DNA from: an uncultured Acidobacteriota bacterium
GTDB taxonomy: Bacteria; Acidobacteriota; Terriglobia; Terriglobales; Acidobacteriaceae
Reading direction: 5' to 3'
Assembly: GCA_963730015.1 (NCBI GenBank)
Contig: CAVSPZ010000002.1
Coordinates: 138,142-202,141 of the forward strand
DNA length: 64,000 bases
The notes beneath the pieces are model-generated. The model made no database searches. It was not told the DNA's origin and worked only from the letters and a program-made list of their open reading frames with translations. A program made the translations under genes and the position numbers. Within the stretch, counting starts at the first letter, position 1, and each line of letters starts with the position of its first letter. Below are positions 1 to 9,895 of this stretch, piece after piece.

Positions 1-44
1 AGGAAGAGCAAAGCAATCAATTTTTCGAAGAACTCGGCCGCCGA

Positions 45-875
45 GTGGACTTTATCCGCGGCCTCTATCTCCGGTACAGAATTGCGCTAAAGCCGGGAGA
101 AGGATTTGCCGTGGCTCTCGACGAAGCCGGAGCACTCGCCAAGGGAGTCAAAAATCCCCACTTTTCCATGGTCGCTCTAAAAGAGACGGTGCGCTCTGCC
201 CATGTGATCTACGCACTTGGTGAGAGCCTTTCGGTCTGCGTGGATGCTGGCCTCGATCTGCGCAATCATCTGGCAAATCTGACGACCGGAACGATTGACT
301 ACGGCACACCGTCTACCGTCCTGAAACGGATTTTCTTTAAAGATTTCGAATTTGAAACTTTCCTTGCATCGGTTCTCGTTAAGAAAGGCCTGACACCGGC
401 ATTCACCCCGCCCGGCGACCCCACTGGTGAACTTATCGTCGGAGACATATTCATCGAATGTAAGCACCCAAACTCGGTCGGACAACTCTCCGACTTGCTT
501 GGCAAGTTCAATAAGGCCTTAGCCGCGATCGACCGTTTCGGCATTTTCGCGGTCGCTTTGGAAGACGTGATGGAGATGGGAGACGTCGCTCAGTTTGACT
601 CCCAGCACGATTATGAGGGATGGCTTCAAGCCAAGCGAGCGGGTATGGAGGCCATCGGTCAAGAACTTATTCAACGCGCGGCCCGCTTGCCAAGAATCGC
701 AGCATTAATCCAAACCGAGACCAAGGATCCCATCATTGGCACAGGAACCACCCTGCGACGGCTGGGCAATTCGCTGCTCTTCGATCATCGACCAACTTTC
801 ATCAATTACGAAACTACCGCCAGAGCCATCGCCGCTTGCTTCAATCCGCACCCAGTCCTGTATTCAGAAATTTAG
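45..875 (+). CDS. hypothetical protein, possible PD-(D/E)xK nuclease fold
   Basis: 276-aa ORF. VGDIFIECK resembles the D..ExK core of restriction-endonuclease-like nucleases. Nothing else recognisable. Converges on 872..1716. Confidence 0.4.
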   Translation: MDFIRGLYLRYRIALKPGEGFAVALDEAGALAKGVKNPHFSMVALKETVRSAHVIYALGESLSVCVDAGLDLRNHLANLTTGTIDYGTPSTVLKRIFFKDFEFETFLASVLVKKGLTPAFTPPGDPTGELIVGDIFIECKHPNSVGQLSDLLGKFNKALAAIDRFGIFAVALEDVMEMGDVAQFDSQHDYEGWLQAKRAGMEAIGQELIQRAARLPRIAALIQTETKDPIIGTGTTLRRLGNSLLFDHRPTFINYETTARAIAACFNPHPVLYSEI

Positions 876-1716
876 ATACAGCTGCGCGGAATGACGCCAT
901 ATTTCGCGCCGAGAAAATTCTGCAGCACCCGAGGCAGAACTCTGGCCAGTTCCTGCCACGTCAGCACCTTGCATCTGGCTCGATGATCCAGCGATCGGAT
1001 CGAGCGGAGAACTTCGTACCAGTCTTCCATCAGGTCCGGTCGGCGGGCGTCAATGAGGGCGCAGAATTCGAGTGCAAGAGCATGAGCGGCAAGCACGTTG
1101 CGGATGAGCTGATACGAAACGTACTTTTTCCCTGCCGTTCGTAGTTGCCGGTATTCGAAAACCTCTTTGAAATCCCGGTAGCCTTCGACGAGGTCGGCCC
1201 GTTGCATTTGAAAATCACCCTCGGTGAGTTTCGCTTCAAAGAGCACGTTTCCGAGCTTCAAATCGATTTCGGTTCGCTCGATCGCTCCGCTCACGAGCGG
1301 CACGCGAGGCCGGAATCCGAATTCGGGATGACTTCCGCGCTCAATCCCAAGGACGCTCCCGACTTCCGGTTTCCGGGTGATGCGCGGATAACAGAAGATA
1401 TTCATCAGCAGAGCATCGGAACTCACAGAAGAATCGAGTTCACACCATTGTCGACCTCCCGCTGGAAGGCACCGTCTGCCCTGAGCATGGACTTTTTCGA
1501 GCCGCTTGCGCCATTGCGGTCGTTCAAAATTGCTTCATAACTCGCCTTGACGAAATTTCCGTGATAGCGGCCGCATTCCGAGGGCTGGTAAACGACGACC
1601 GGCGATTCCCCATAGCTGATCACATGTGGCAGCCGATTCACTTTCGCGAAGGCCTGGTTTCGAGCAATCAGTTCCTGCCGCAGCCTCGAGGCGTAGTTGT
1701 TCGATTCAGAAGACAC
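872..1716 (-). pseudogene. PD-(D/E)xK nuclease-like gene split between two reading frames
   Basis: ORFs 1423..1716 (97 aa) and 872..1426 (184 aa) overlap. The downstream frame stays open upstream of its GTG and reads ...ELDSSVSSDALLMNIF..., later LFEAKLTE (D and ExK motifs). Both frames are open over roughly 1426-1500, so this is either a 1-nt indel or two coupled ORFs. Confidence 0.45.
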
Positions 1717-1722
1717 GAACGT

Positions 1723-2181
1723 CTATCCTCTCAACCGTGCCTGGATCATCTCGGCCAGGCGGATACTGTCGGCGATCTTCGCGTAAACGACGGGAGATGA
1801 TTTTATTTCGTCGCGATTCAAGCGCACGGCGGCGATCAGTGAGGCAGCGATGAGCAAGACAGAGTCGGGTCTCGTTGCCTCCTTATTATTGGCATTGTTG
1901 ACGCTTCGATTTGCCCGGCAGATCGCGCTCGGCCCGGGCGGGCCCTTGAACACTTCAGCCGGATTGTACCGATATGCGGCCCAACAGCATGAGCAGGTTA
2001 CGACGACAGTATCTTGCGGTGGCGGCTCAGCTTTTTCCGGATCGGCATGCTCGATCTGCGCATCGATGGCGCGGCAGTTGACGGTGCAATCGCACTTTTT
2101 GCACTTCACAACCCAAGCCGTCGGCAGCCCCAGCTCACTTGTCACGCCCACCATCATAGGCGAATATATGGCGAAAGTCAT
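1723..2181 (-). CDS. Cys-rich hypothetical protein
   Basis: Start moved to the internal ATG (MTFAIYS) because the long 240-aa ORF would overlap the divergent SRAP gene start. Contains CKKCDC..C and CSCC clusters. Confidence 0.35.
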   Translation of the reverse strand: MTFAIYSPMMVGVTSELGLPTAWVVKCKKCDCTVNCRAIDAQIEHADPEKAEPPPQDTVVVTCSCCWAAYRYNPAEVFKGPPGPSAICRANRSVNNANNKEATRPDSVLLIAASLIAAVRLNRDEIKSSPVVYAKIADSIRLAEMIQARLRG

Positions 2182-2244
2182 CCTCGGCCAGTAAGGTGAT
2201 CCTGCGAGATAGATCTGCCCTTCGATTCTGCTAAAGTGACGATC

Positions 2245-2946
2245 ATGTGCGGACGCTATCGGCTCACGGCAAAGGAGCGCTACCTGCGGGACTACTTCGG
2301 CCTCGAGGAAGATCCTCCTTGGCAGCCGCGCTGGAACATCGCCCCCACTCAGCAGGTCGCCGCAATACGCCAGCACCCCGCGGAGCCGCGACGTATCTTC
2401 AGCCTCATGCGGTGGGGTCTGGTCCCATACTGGGCGAACGACCAATCGTTTGGCTTAAAAACCATCAATGCGATGTCTGAAACCGCAGCGCAGAAACCCG
2501 CCTTCCGCGATGCATTCAGGCGGCGCCGGTGTCTCCTACCTGCGGACGGCTTTTTCGAATGGAAGAAAACCGGGTCTAAGCATAAGCAGCCTTATAACAT
2601 CGGCCTGGCCACCGGCTCAGTGTTCGCTTTCGCGGGACTCTGGGATCTCTGGCGAGATCCGAACAACCATGGGCTCGAAACCTGCACGATTCTCACAACC
2701 CGTCCGAACTCTCTCGTCGCCGAGGTACACGACCGCATGCCGGCTATTCTGGATCCTGACGACTATGAGCGCTGGCTAGACCCTGGCATTACCAACCCCG
2801 AAATGATTCTGGACTGTCTAAAACCATTTGATGCCACCCCGATGAGCAAATATCCGGTGAGTCCCCGCGTCAATTGTCCTGAGAACGACGACGAGGAGTG
2901 TGCGAGAGAGGTGCCAGCCGAGAACTCGGCGCTGACGCTGTTCTGA
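2245..2946 (+). CDS. SOS-response-associated peptidase (SRAP/YedK family)
   Basis: Starts MCGRYRL with the catalytic Cys2. WNIAPTQ, MRWGLVPYWA, FFEW and HDRMPAIL motifs are typical of SRAP domain proteins. Confidence 0.9.
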   Translation: MCGRYRLTAKERYLRDYFGLEEDPPWQPRWNIAPTQQVAAIRQHPAEPRRIFSLMRWGLVPYWANDQSFGLKTINAMSETAAQKPAFRDAFRRRRCLLPADGFFEWKKTGSKHKQPYNIGLATGSVFAFAGLWDLWRDPNNHGLETCTILTTRPNSLVAEVHDRMPAILDPDDYERWLDPGITNPEMILDCLKPFDATPMSKYPVSPRVNCPENDDEECAREVPAENSALTLF

Positions 2947-3062
2947 CTTCATCGAGCGGCAGGAATCCGTCTGCATTTCCGCCAAAGTGCCTTTACAACC
3001 ATAAGCTCTTGGGGGCGTGACATGGCGGCGTATTATGTCGGTAAGTCCGGCAAGAAATACGT

Positions 3063-4706
3063 GTGGTGCTCACCGTGGATCCAGCCGACAAGCCCCGCTC
3101 TGAAACGTTTCCAGAGGGAACCCCGAGACGAGAGTGGAAGATTGCCTCACTCGTTCTCGTCGTCGCCTCGGCCGTTCTGGTTATCGCCGTTCTGGTTGCC
3201 AACCTTCAGTCGCCGCGAGTAGCACTGGCGCTGCTGATTTCATTGATCAGTTCCTTGCTTGTCTTTGCCCTCTTGTTGGCCGGCGTTTTCCGCCAGATGC
3301 ACAGGACCGAACGCCAGGCAAGGACTGTCTTTGAAGACAGGGAGCAGGAATTCCATCAGATGGCCGACAACATCCAGGAAATCTTCTGGGTGATCGACGC
3401 CGAGACGAAGAAAGCCACCTTCGTCAATCCGGCATACGAAACCATCACTGGCCGCTCCTGCCAATCCCTGATCGAAGAACCGTCCTCGTATGAAAAGGTC
3501 ATTCATCCGGACGATCGAGATCACGTGCTGGCAAAGCTTCAGCAAGCGGCCCAGACCGGACACTTCGACGAAAGATTTCGTATCCTCAAGCCGGACGGTG
3601 AAGTTCGCTGGGTTTGGGTCCGCGGCTTTCCACGGAAAGACGCTAACGGAAAGATCACTCGACTGGGGGGAACTGCGCTGGATATCACTGCGCTCAAGAG
3701 AGCGGAAGACCAGGTTGCGGCGAATCTTGCCAGGGCGAACTCGGCATGGGCGGAGGCGGAGGCGTTGCGCAAGGCAACGCTTGCCCTGACACAGGATTTG
3801 CACATGGACTGCGTTCTAGACGCGCTCCTCCGGTCTCTGGCTGAGTTGGTTCCGTATACCTGCGCCCGAGTACTCGTCCCCGAAGGTGGTCCCCACTGGC
3901 TGGCGCTGGGAGAAAAAACGTGTCCCGATCTCGCGAAGAAGTCTCCTCGGAGTCCCCTGACATTCGTTGCGGACGAATCCCCCTTTTTTCAACGTATCTG
4001 GTCGGAACGAAAGCGTATCTTGATCGCGGACACGAAACGGGAACAGGGATGGCAGACCTTCAAGGGACATGCGCAATTCCGTTCCTGGCTTGGCGTCCCC
4101 TTGCTGGCCTCTGACGAGTTCCTGGGTTTTCTCTCCGTCGGCCACGTGGAACCGAACCACTTTACTGAGGACCACCTTCGGCGCGCCGAGCTACTTTCCA
4201 TCCCGGCCGCTGCAGCCATTCAAAACGCACGCCTGTACTCTACCGCTGAGATCTATGGTTCGGAGCTGGAAAAGCGATTAGCGGACCTGCAAAACGCCGA
4301 ACGCGCGCTCAACCAATCAGAGGAATGTCGCCGGGTTTCCGAGGAGAAATTTCAGAAAATCTTCCACTCGAGCCCGGTTGCCTTTTCCATCACGACGCTG
4401 GAGGAAGGCCGCTTCTTGGAAGTCAACGCTGCATTTGAGGCACGTTATGGGTACTCCCGCCAGGAGGTCCTCGGACGCACAGTGCACGAACTAAGGATGT
4501 GGGACGATCCTGCCGACCGGAGATTACTGGTGACGCAGCTTCAGCGAGGAGGTCCGATTCGAAATGTAATTACCCGCCTTCGAGCAAAAACGGGCGAAAT
4601 CAAGCTTACGGCCTATTCTGCCGACCGGATTGAATTCGACGGGCAAAGGTGCATACTGGCTGTTTCGGAAGATGTGGTGACCCATGATCAAAAGTCCACA
4701 AATTAG
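3063..4706 (+). CDS. membrane-anchored PAS-GAF-PAS sensor protein without recognisable output domain
   Basis: Two N-terminal hydrophobic helices. PAS (FWVIDAETKKATFVNPAYETITG...DITALKRAE), a GAF-like middle part (SWLGVPLLASDEFLGFLSVGH) and a second PAS (FLEVNAAFEARYGYSRQEVLGRTVHEL). The ORF stops right after the second PAS. Confidence 0.75.
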   Translation: MVLTVDPADKPRSETFPEGTPRREWKIASLVLVVASAVLVIAVLVANLQSPRVALALLISLISSLLVFALLLAGVFRQMHRTERQARTVFEDREQEFHQMADNIQEIFWVIDAETKKATFVNPAYETITGRSCQSLIEEPSSYEKVIHPDDRDHVLAKLQQAAQTGHFDERFRILKPDGEVRWVWVRGFPRKDANGKITRLGGTALDITALKRAEDQVAANLARANSAWAEAEALRKATLALTQDLHMDCVLDALLRSLAELVPYTCARVLVPEGGPHWLALGEKTCPDLAKKSPRSPLTFVADESPFFQRIWSERKRILIADTKREQGWQTFKGHAQFRSWLGVPLLASDEFLGFLSVGHVEPNHFTEDHLRRAELLSIPAAAAIQNARLYSTAEIYGSELEKRLADLQNAERALNQSEECRRVSEEKFQKIFHSSPVAFSITTLEEGRFLEVNAAFEARYGYSRQEVLGRTVHELRMWDDPADRRLLVTQLQRGGPIRNVITRLRAKTGEIKLTAYSADRIEFDGQRCILAVSEDVVTHDQKSTN

Positions 4707-5375
4707 GATTTTGCCTTCTGACTTCGGGCTGCCACTGCCATTCATTGGTATCCCTTAACAGAAGTGTGTTCGTAGCTTCTTCGTTTCTCGTCTGTCCAGA
4801 ATTCCGACCGCCAAAAATAAATTTCACCACTTGCGAACGGAAATAGGTCAGGATGGTGATCATCCTTTCCGCGAGAAAACGTTGTGGGGACCAGCCATCG
4901 AGTAATTCGGAAAGCGATCGCGCCGCCAGCCAAACCGCGAAGATCAAGCACGCCATACGTCGGATGTTTCGCAAGTTGTCAAAAATGTAGGACTTCGCTC
5001 GCCGGTGGCGCGGACTCGTACATCGTTCGTCGATTCAAATCGAACAAACTTAGTCAGTCCCATGTGGAATCAGAACGATTCTCAAGGTCGCATAGCGTTC
5101 CGTTAAGCGCCAGAAGATCTCCACAAACGGTGCTTCAGGCCGGCAATTTGTACGGTTTTCCGACCGCCGGCGGAGGCTCTTTCCAAGGGCGTCTTGTAAG
5201 CGAACCGAACCGCGTCATGCTCGGGCGCTCTCGCATTCCCCGAGCGCTCCCGCTGGCCCGTGAAGCGATTCCGCAGGAATCTGACTTCATCCTCGATGTG
5301 AACACCTCCGTCTGGCCCGGATGTAATTTTCCACATTTCGTCGTGAATCGCGTTTCGTCGTGAATCAAAGGTGCA

Positions 5376-5930
5376 GTGATGGCGCGTGCAGGGAGAATAC
5401 TTGCTTGGTGGGACCGGGACGTGGATCGCACGGGAAGGCCGATTCGGCCTGACGTGCGATTGGCCGGCCATGAGATTTGGGAACAAGCCTGTCAGCGGAC
5501 ACATGTTCTTCTCGCTGATCATGGCCCCGCTGCCGAACTAATGGAGAGCACCGTTGCGCAGGTCTCCCGTTACTTGGATCGGATCGGGGCGCCCCTGTCC
5601 ACCCGGAAGCATGGACTTCTCTTGGTAGCCTTCTGCCGCGCCCTTCGCCGCTATACGGCCAAGTCGAGTCGCCTGGAATTGGTGGGAGGGTCCGGTGAAC
5701 TCTCAAACCACACAGCAGACAATGCTTGGGTCCGCCAAGTAAACGCCCGCCTGGATTTCGAAAAGATCGTTCGACAACTCAGCGAGAGAAATGCCGCCGT
5801 TCTGACGCTTAGAGCTGCTGAATACGAGTGGAAGGAAATTGCTCACCTGTTCGGAGTCTCTGTCGCTGCCGCTCGTAACAGCTTCTGGCGCGAGATAGGG
5901 AGGATCAGATGCGGAACCCGATCAGCGTGA
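5376..5930 (+). CDS. sigma-70 region-4-like HTH protein
   Basis: The C-terminal LSERNAAVLTLRAAEYEWKEIAHLFGVSVAAARNSFWR looks like a sigma region 4 / LuxR-type HTH. The N-terminal part is not recognisable. Confidence 0.35.
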   Translation: MMARAGRILAWWDRDVDRTGRPIRPDVRLAGHEIWEQACQRTHVLLADHGPAAELMESTVAQVSRYLDRIGAPLSTRKHGLLLVAFCRALRRYTAKSSRLELVGGSGELSNHTADNAWVRQVNARLDFEKIVRQLSERNAAVLTLRAAEYEWKEIAHLFGVSVAAARNSFWREIGRIRCGTRSA

Positions 5931-5948
5931 CCGGTCGAAAAGATGCGG

Positions 5949-6188
5949 CTATCGTCCAGTCTCTTGCAATTCCGAACCATAGAAGTGACGGCGCTCGAAA
6001 AGCGCCAGCGGGAGTTCGAAAACGCGAGTCTCGCTGGCTTCGAATTCAAAGTCCTTGCCACACTCCGATGCAGGGCAGATCGCTAAGGACTTTTCTTTGC
6101 TGAACGCGAGCTGGTTCTGTGGTCTGATGACGACCCAAATTCCGCACTTCGGGCAGGTGACGCATGAGCACACAATGCGATCGGCCAT
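5949..6188 (-). CDS. small Cys-rich (zinc-ribbon-like) protein
   Basis: 79-aa ORF with CxC..CxxC and CxxxxC pairs. Confidence 0.3.
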   Translation of the reverse strand: MADRIVCSCVTCPKCGIWVVIRPQNQLAFSKEKSLAICPASECGKDFEFEASETRVFELPLALFERRHFYGSELQETGR

Positions 6189-6370
6189 GCGAAAATTATA
6201 CGGCCATCGAGTCGTTCGCCGGCTTCAAGGCCGTTCGGCATTTCTTCGTTTTTCCGTTCGCGAAGCGGTAATGTGATGACTGAGTGGACAGGCCTTCGTC
6301 GTTTTTTTCCACAGAACTGCGCCCACGAGCCTTGCCGCAAGTCAGTTAAAATGGCAGTCGGAGGTCGCTC

Positions 6371-6577
6371 ATGATGACGGACCCAGCCCTCCCCATCAAG
6401 AATGAAGTGCAACAGTTGGTCGACGTTCAGATTGACACGTTGCGCAAGCCCTCGTCGTTAACCTCATTCGAACTTAATGAATATCACTCGCGATCCGAGA
6501 GAATTACCACGCTGTACGAAAAACTGGATCTCATCGCCAGGAAACGCTTCGACGCTCGATCGCAAACGGCCGCTTGA
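6371..6577 (+). CDS. small conserved hypothetical protein (paralog of 18274..18480)
   Basis: 68 aa, MMTDPALPIKNEVQQLVDVQIDTLRKPS... A clear paralog is present at 18274, which supports coding. Confidence 0.5.
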   Translation: MMTDPALPIKNEVQQLVDVQIDTLRKPSSLTSFELNEYHSRSERITTLYEKLDLIARKRFDARSQTAA

Positions 6578-6598
6578 ACCCAGGTCGTTTTGAGGGGG

Positions 6599-6641
6599 AC
6601 AGGCCGCCGCTCCCGGCAGTTTCGGTCGAGCGGCGGCCTGT
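6599..6641. terminator. bidirectional hairpin between convergent genes
   Basis: Perfect 14-bp stem ACAGGCCGCCGCTC / GAGCGGCGGCCTGT with a 15-nt loop, between 6371..6577 (+) and 6645..7385 (-). Confidence 0.5.
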
Positions 6642-6644
6642 ATC

Positions 6645-7385
6645 TTAAGCGGTAGCATCCAGTTCATCCTCCGCATCCGCTTCCCAACCTGCTTGTTTCT
6701 TGATCTGTTCGTCGTACGCTGCCTGTTCCTTCTTCGCTTGCCGGACGGGCAACAACTCCATATGGCTGGGCGGAAAGACAAATGTCTGCACAAAACTCAG
6801 CCGATCAGTGTTCAATCTTCGTCCCACGACTTCCCCGCGGTGCTGCTTGCAGAAATCACAAAAGTCTTCCGCGTCAATAATCTGTCTTTGGAGGCCGTTT
6901 GCATCGACGATTCGGCACCTCAACAGACCATCATCAATCCACTTCTGCACCTCGTCTGCGCGAACGTGCAGCGCTTCCGCCAGAGTGTGTTTCGTGAACC
7001 AGTCCTGGCCCATGCGAGCGCTGGCTCCGAGCCGGTGCAGCATCGTGCGCACTGAAGTCGGCGTCCGGCGGAGCACTATCGTGACTTCCTGCAGGGAATG
7101 CGAGGTGATCAAGTCGAGCAGTTTCTGTTGCTCGGCTTTTGTCCACCGCCGGTAGCTTCGCTTCGAGGTCACGCCCGACTGCCGCACGAATCTCCAGCAA
7201 GCTGCCCGAGGGTTTCCCGACACTGCGGCGATTCTTGTGATCAGCGCCTTTAGGCCGACCTGGGCCCGATGCCCGCCTTGCCCGGACGCTTCGGACGGCG
7301 TGTTCAGATACGCTCTCACCATTTCTCGCGCCGCCCCAGGCCAGCGGTAGGTACGACGATTGGCTTGTTGATTCAATTCCCCCAT
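6645..7385 (-). CDS. putative DNA-binding protein (Myb/SANT-like plus HTH)
   Basis: WTKAEQQKLLDLI is Myb-like. TLAEALHVRADEVQKWIDDGLL is an excisionase/MerR-like HTH. Start set at the internal ATG (MGELNQ). Confidence 0.45.
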   Translation of the reverse strand: MGELNQQANRRTYRWPGAAREMVRAYLNTPSEASGQGGHRAQVGLKALITRIAAVSGNPRAACWRFVRQSGVTSKRSYRRWTKAEQQKLLDLITSHSLQEVTIVLRRTPTSVRTMLHRLGASARMGQDWFTKHTLAEALHVRADEVQKWIDDGLLRCRIVDANGLQRQIIDAEDFCDFCKQHRGEVVGRRLNTDRLSFVQTFVFPPSHMELLPVRQAKKEQAAYDEQIKKQAGWEADAEDELDATA

Positions 7386-7605
7386 GTCCCCCAAAGACTG
7401 TGGAAGCCGGACGCCACAACCCCTCCTACCTATACATGGCGGCGAAATAGGAATGTGTCTCACTCTGGACTGAAATTTTCAATGCATGCGCCGAGAAGTG
7501 AATGCGCACAAAGATTTTCATCGACACCGATCATGGATCGTGGGATTCTGCTGGGGGCAACATGGCAGTCGGGCTTGGACTCCATGTTCAGTTGGGGCAT
7601 GCAGC

Positions 7606-7824
7606 ATGGACTTCGAAAAAGAGCTGCTCGACGCGTTTGACAGGGTCGTGCATGAAGACTTTCCCAATCCTCAGCGCGTCGCCTGTCCCGGGCGCGAAAT
7701 CCTGCTGAAACTCGCGCAACGGCCCGCGGACAGTCAACTCGCGCACTTGCTCGCCCACATCCGGCAATGTGCTCCCTGCTTTGATGAGCTGAAAGACCTT
7801 CGATGCAAGGCCCAAAAGCGATGA
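7606..7824 (+). CDS. small protein with zf-HC2-like motif
   Basis: HIRQCAPC fits the H-x3-C-x2-C motif of anti-sigma zinc fingers. Short, with no TM segment. Lies just upstream of the IS110 copy. Confidence 0.3.
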   Translation: MDFEKELLDAFDRVVHEDFPNPQRVACPGREILLKLAQRPADSQLAHLLAHIRQCAPCFDELKDLRCKAQKR

Positions 7825-8200
7825 AATCCGCCCCACAAGGCTTAAGGAAATTGCCAGAATGCTTGAGACGACCGACACCGCCGCCCGCGCAGCCGTTTGG
7901 CGTGAATTTAGACGAGCGCGGTTGAAGCGCTTGAGAAGAAGCCCCCAGGAGAGGCGTCAATGCATTATGAAAGAGCGCCCCGCTTCAGAAGGTCGAAGCC
8001 GGATGAGACGCCGCCTCCGCTCCGCTGCGCTGTGCTGGGCTTCGCTCCGCTACGGCGGCGCTAGAGAGTAACTGCAGTGGTGTGCGCGGTGGAAAAGGAC
8101 TACAGGAGAGTATAGGCAAGTCGGCGGGAGAATGGCACTTTACCTTGAGGGAAAGACAAGCGTCGACACGAATGAGCTTTCCCCCAAGGAGGCAACTCCA

Positions 8201-9271
8201 ATGAGTCACGACGTCAAATATATCGGAATGGACGTGCACAAGGAAGCCATTGTGATCGCTGTGCTGAATAGCACTGGAAAGCTGGTCATGGAAACCATCG
8301 TCGAAACCAAAGCCAGCAGCATTCTGCAGTTTCTCCACGGTCTACGGGGCGAGCTGCACGTGACCTGGGAAGAAGGCACCTGGGCCGCCTGGCTGTATGA
8401 TCTGCTGCAGCCGCAGGTGCAGCACATTGTGGTGTGCAATCCGCGCCGCAATGCCTTGTTAAAGGAGGGCAGCAAGAGCGACAAGGTGGATGCGCACAAG
8501 CTGGCCGACTTGTTACGCACCGGGATGCTGCGACCGGTCTACCACGGAGAACATGGACTACGGACGCTACGCGAGTTGGGGCGCAGTTATCAGACCATCA
8601 GCAAAGATTTGACGCGCGTGATGAATCGATTGAAGGCGCTGTATCGCGGTTGGGGCATTCCTTGTGCCGGCACCCAGGTCTATGCCGCGCGCTCTCGAGA
8701 GGAATGGTTGAGTAAGATTCCGCAAGCCGGGGTGCGCCGCCGCGCGGAGCTGCTCTATCAACAGCTGGACGGATTGCAGGCCTTACGGCGAGACCTCCGA
8801 CCTGAGTTCTTGGCCGAGAGCCGGAAACATAAGGCCGCGAAACTGCTGCGCCAGATTCCCTGCATCGGTCCGATTCGAGCCGCCCGCTTGATCGGGCTGA
8901 TGCAAACCCCGCACCGGTTCCGCAGCAAGCGGCAACTCTGGACCTATAGTGGGCTGGGCATTGAGACGCACGACAGTGCGCAATACCGCTTTGTAATCGG
9001 ACAACTGCAACGCTCCAAGAAACCCCAGCAGATTCGTGGTCTGAATCGAAATCACAACCATGAGATGAAAGAGATCTTCAAGAGTGCGGCCACCAGGGCC
9101 AGCTGTGGCAGGGGGCCGTTCCACGATTTCTACGCGGGTTTGCTGGCCAAGGGGATGAAGCCGGAGATGGCTCGTCTGACGCTGGCGCGCAAGATCGCGG
9201 CCATTACGTTGACACTTTGGAAAAAGGAGGAACGTTTCGACGCCGAACAGCTGAAGACGCAAGCAGCTTGA
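8201..9271 (+). CDS. IS110 family (DEDD) transposase
   Basis: MSHDVKYIGMDVHK start, WEEGTW, SDKVDA and the C-terminal IPCIGPIRAARLIG helix-hairpin region are typical of the IS110 family. AAGGAGG lies 7 nt before the ATG. Element ends not determinable, since the family lacks classical IRs. Confidence 0.9.
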   Translation: MSHDVKYIGMDVHKEAIVIAVLNSTGKLVMETIVETKASSILQFLHGLRGELHVTWEEGTWAAWLYDLLQPQVQHIVVCNPRRNALLKEGSKSDKVDAHKLADLLRTGMLRPVYHGEHGLRTLRELGRSYQTISKDLTRVMNRLKALYRGWGIPCAGTQVYAARSREEWLSKIPQAGVRRRAELLYQQLDGLQALRRDLRPEFLAESRKHKAAKLLRQIPCIGPIRAARLIGLMQTPHRFRSKRQLWTYSGLGIETHDSAQYRFVIGQLQRSKKPQQIRGLNRNHNHEMKEIFKSAATRASCGRGPFHDFYAGLLAKGMKPEMARLTLARKIAAITLTLWKKEERFDAEQLKTQAA

Positions 9272-9895
9272 GCATCGAATAGAACCCAGGTGTCTCCCAA
9301 GGTTTTCATGCCTCGGTGGTGGCCAATCGGTTCTTGCGATGCTCCGGTTCGAGGGAGAGTATCCATTCGCTCATTCAGGCACTCTGTGTGCTGTAGTCCA
9401 GCACCGAGTCTCCGGGTCAATCCTATGCCCCCTCGGATAACCGAAAAAAGCTGTAGGCCTCGAGCCTCACATAGGATCATGGTTGGCACTTAAGCCAACG
9501 TCTTGGCTTGCGTAGCTTCGGAACCGAACGGCGTCGTGCGCCACTGACTTCATGAAACCGTCGAGTTGGGACAAGCAACTGGGGTTGGCATCGCCGCGGA
9601 GAAGTGCGGCGAGCCAAAGCGACCAAACCAATAACCTCTCTAAGAATGAAGTGAGGAATGAGGTAGGGCTGGATGTAAGTCACCACGCCCGCATCTCCCA
9701 GAGGGGCGGGGAGAAGATTTTTCTCTTGACATCCTCTTTCATAGGATGAGCGGATGGCACCCTCCAGGCCCCATAAGAATGTTTCTAACATATTGAATAC
9801 AGAAGCATTAGTTGCTAGCTCGCAGTGACACAAAGGCACCTTGACTTCGACCTCTTTGGCATCTAAACTTTAGATGATAAATCGAGGAGAACAGC

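Noticed and set aside
1723-2445. Full 240-aa version of the minus-strand ORF.
   Set aside because: Its first 88 codons would overlap the SRAP gene start and promoter region on the other strand. The internal ATG at 2181 gives a compact Cys-rich protein instead.
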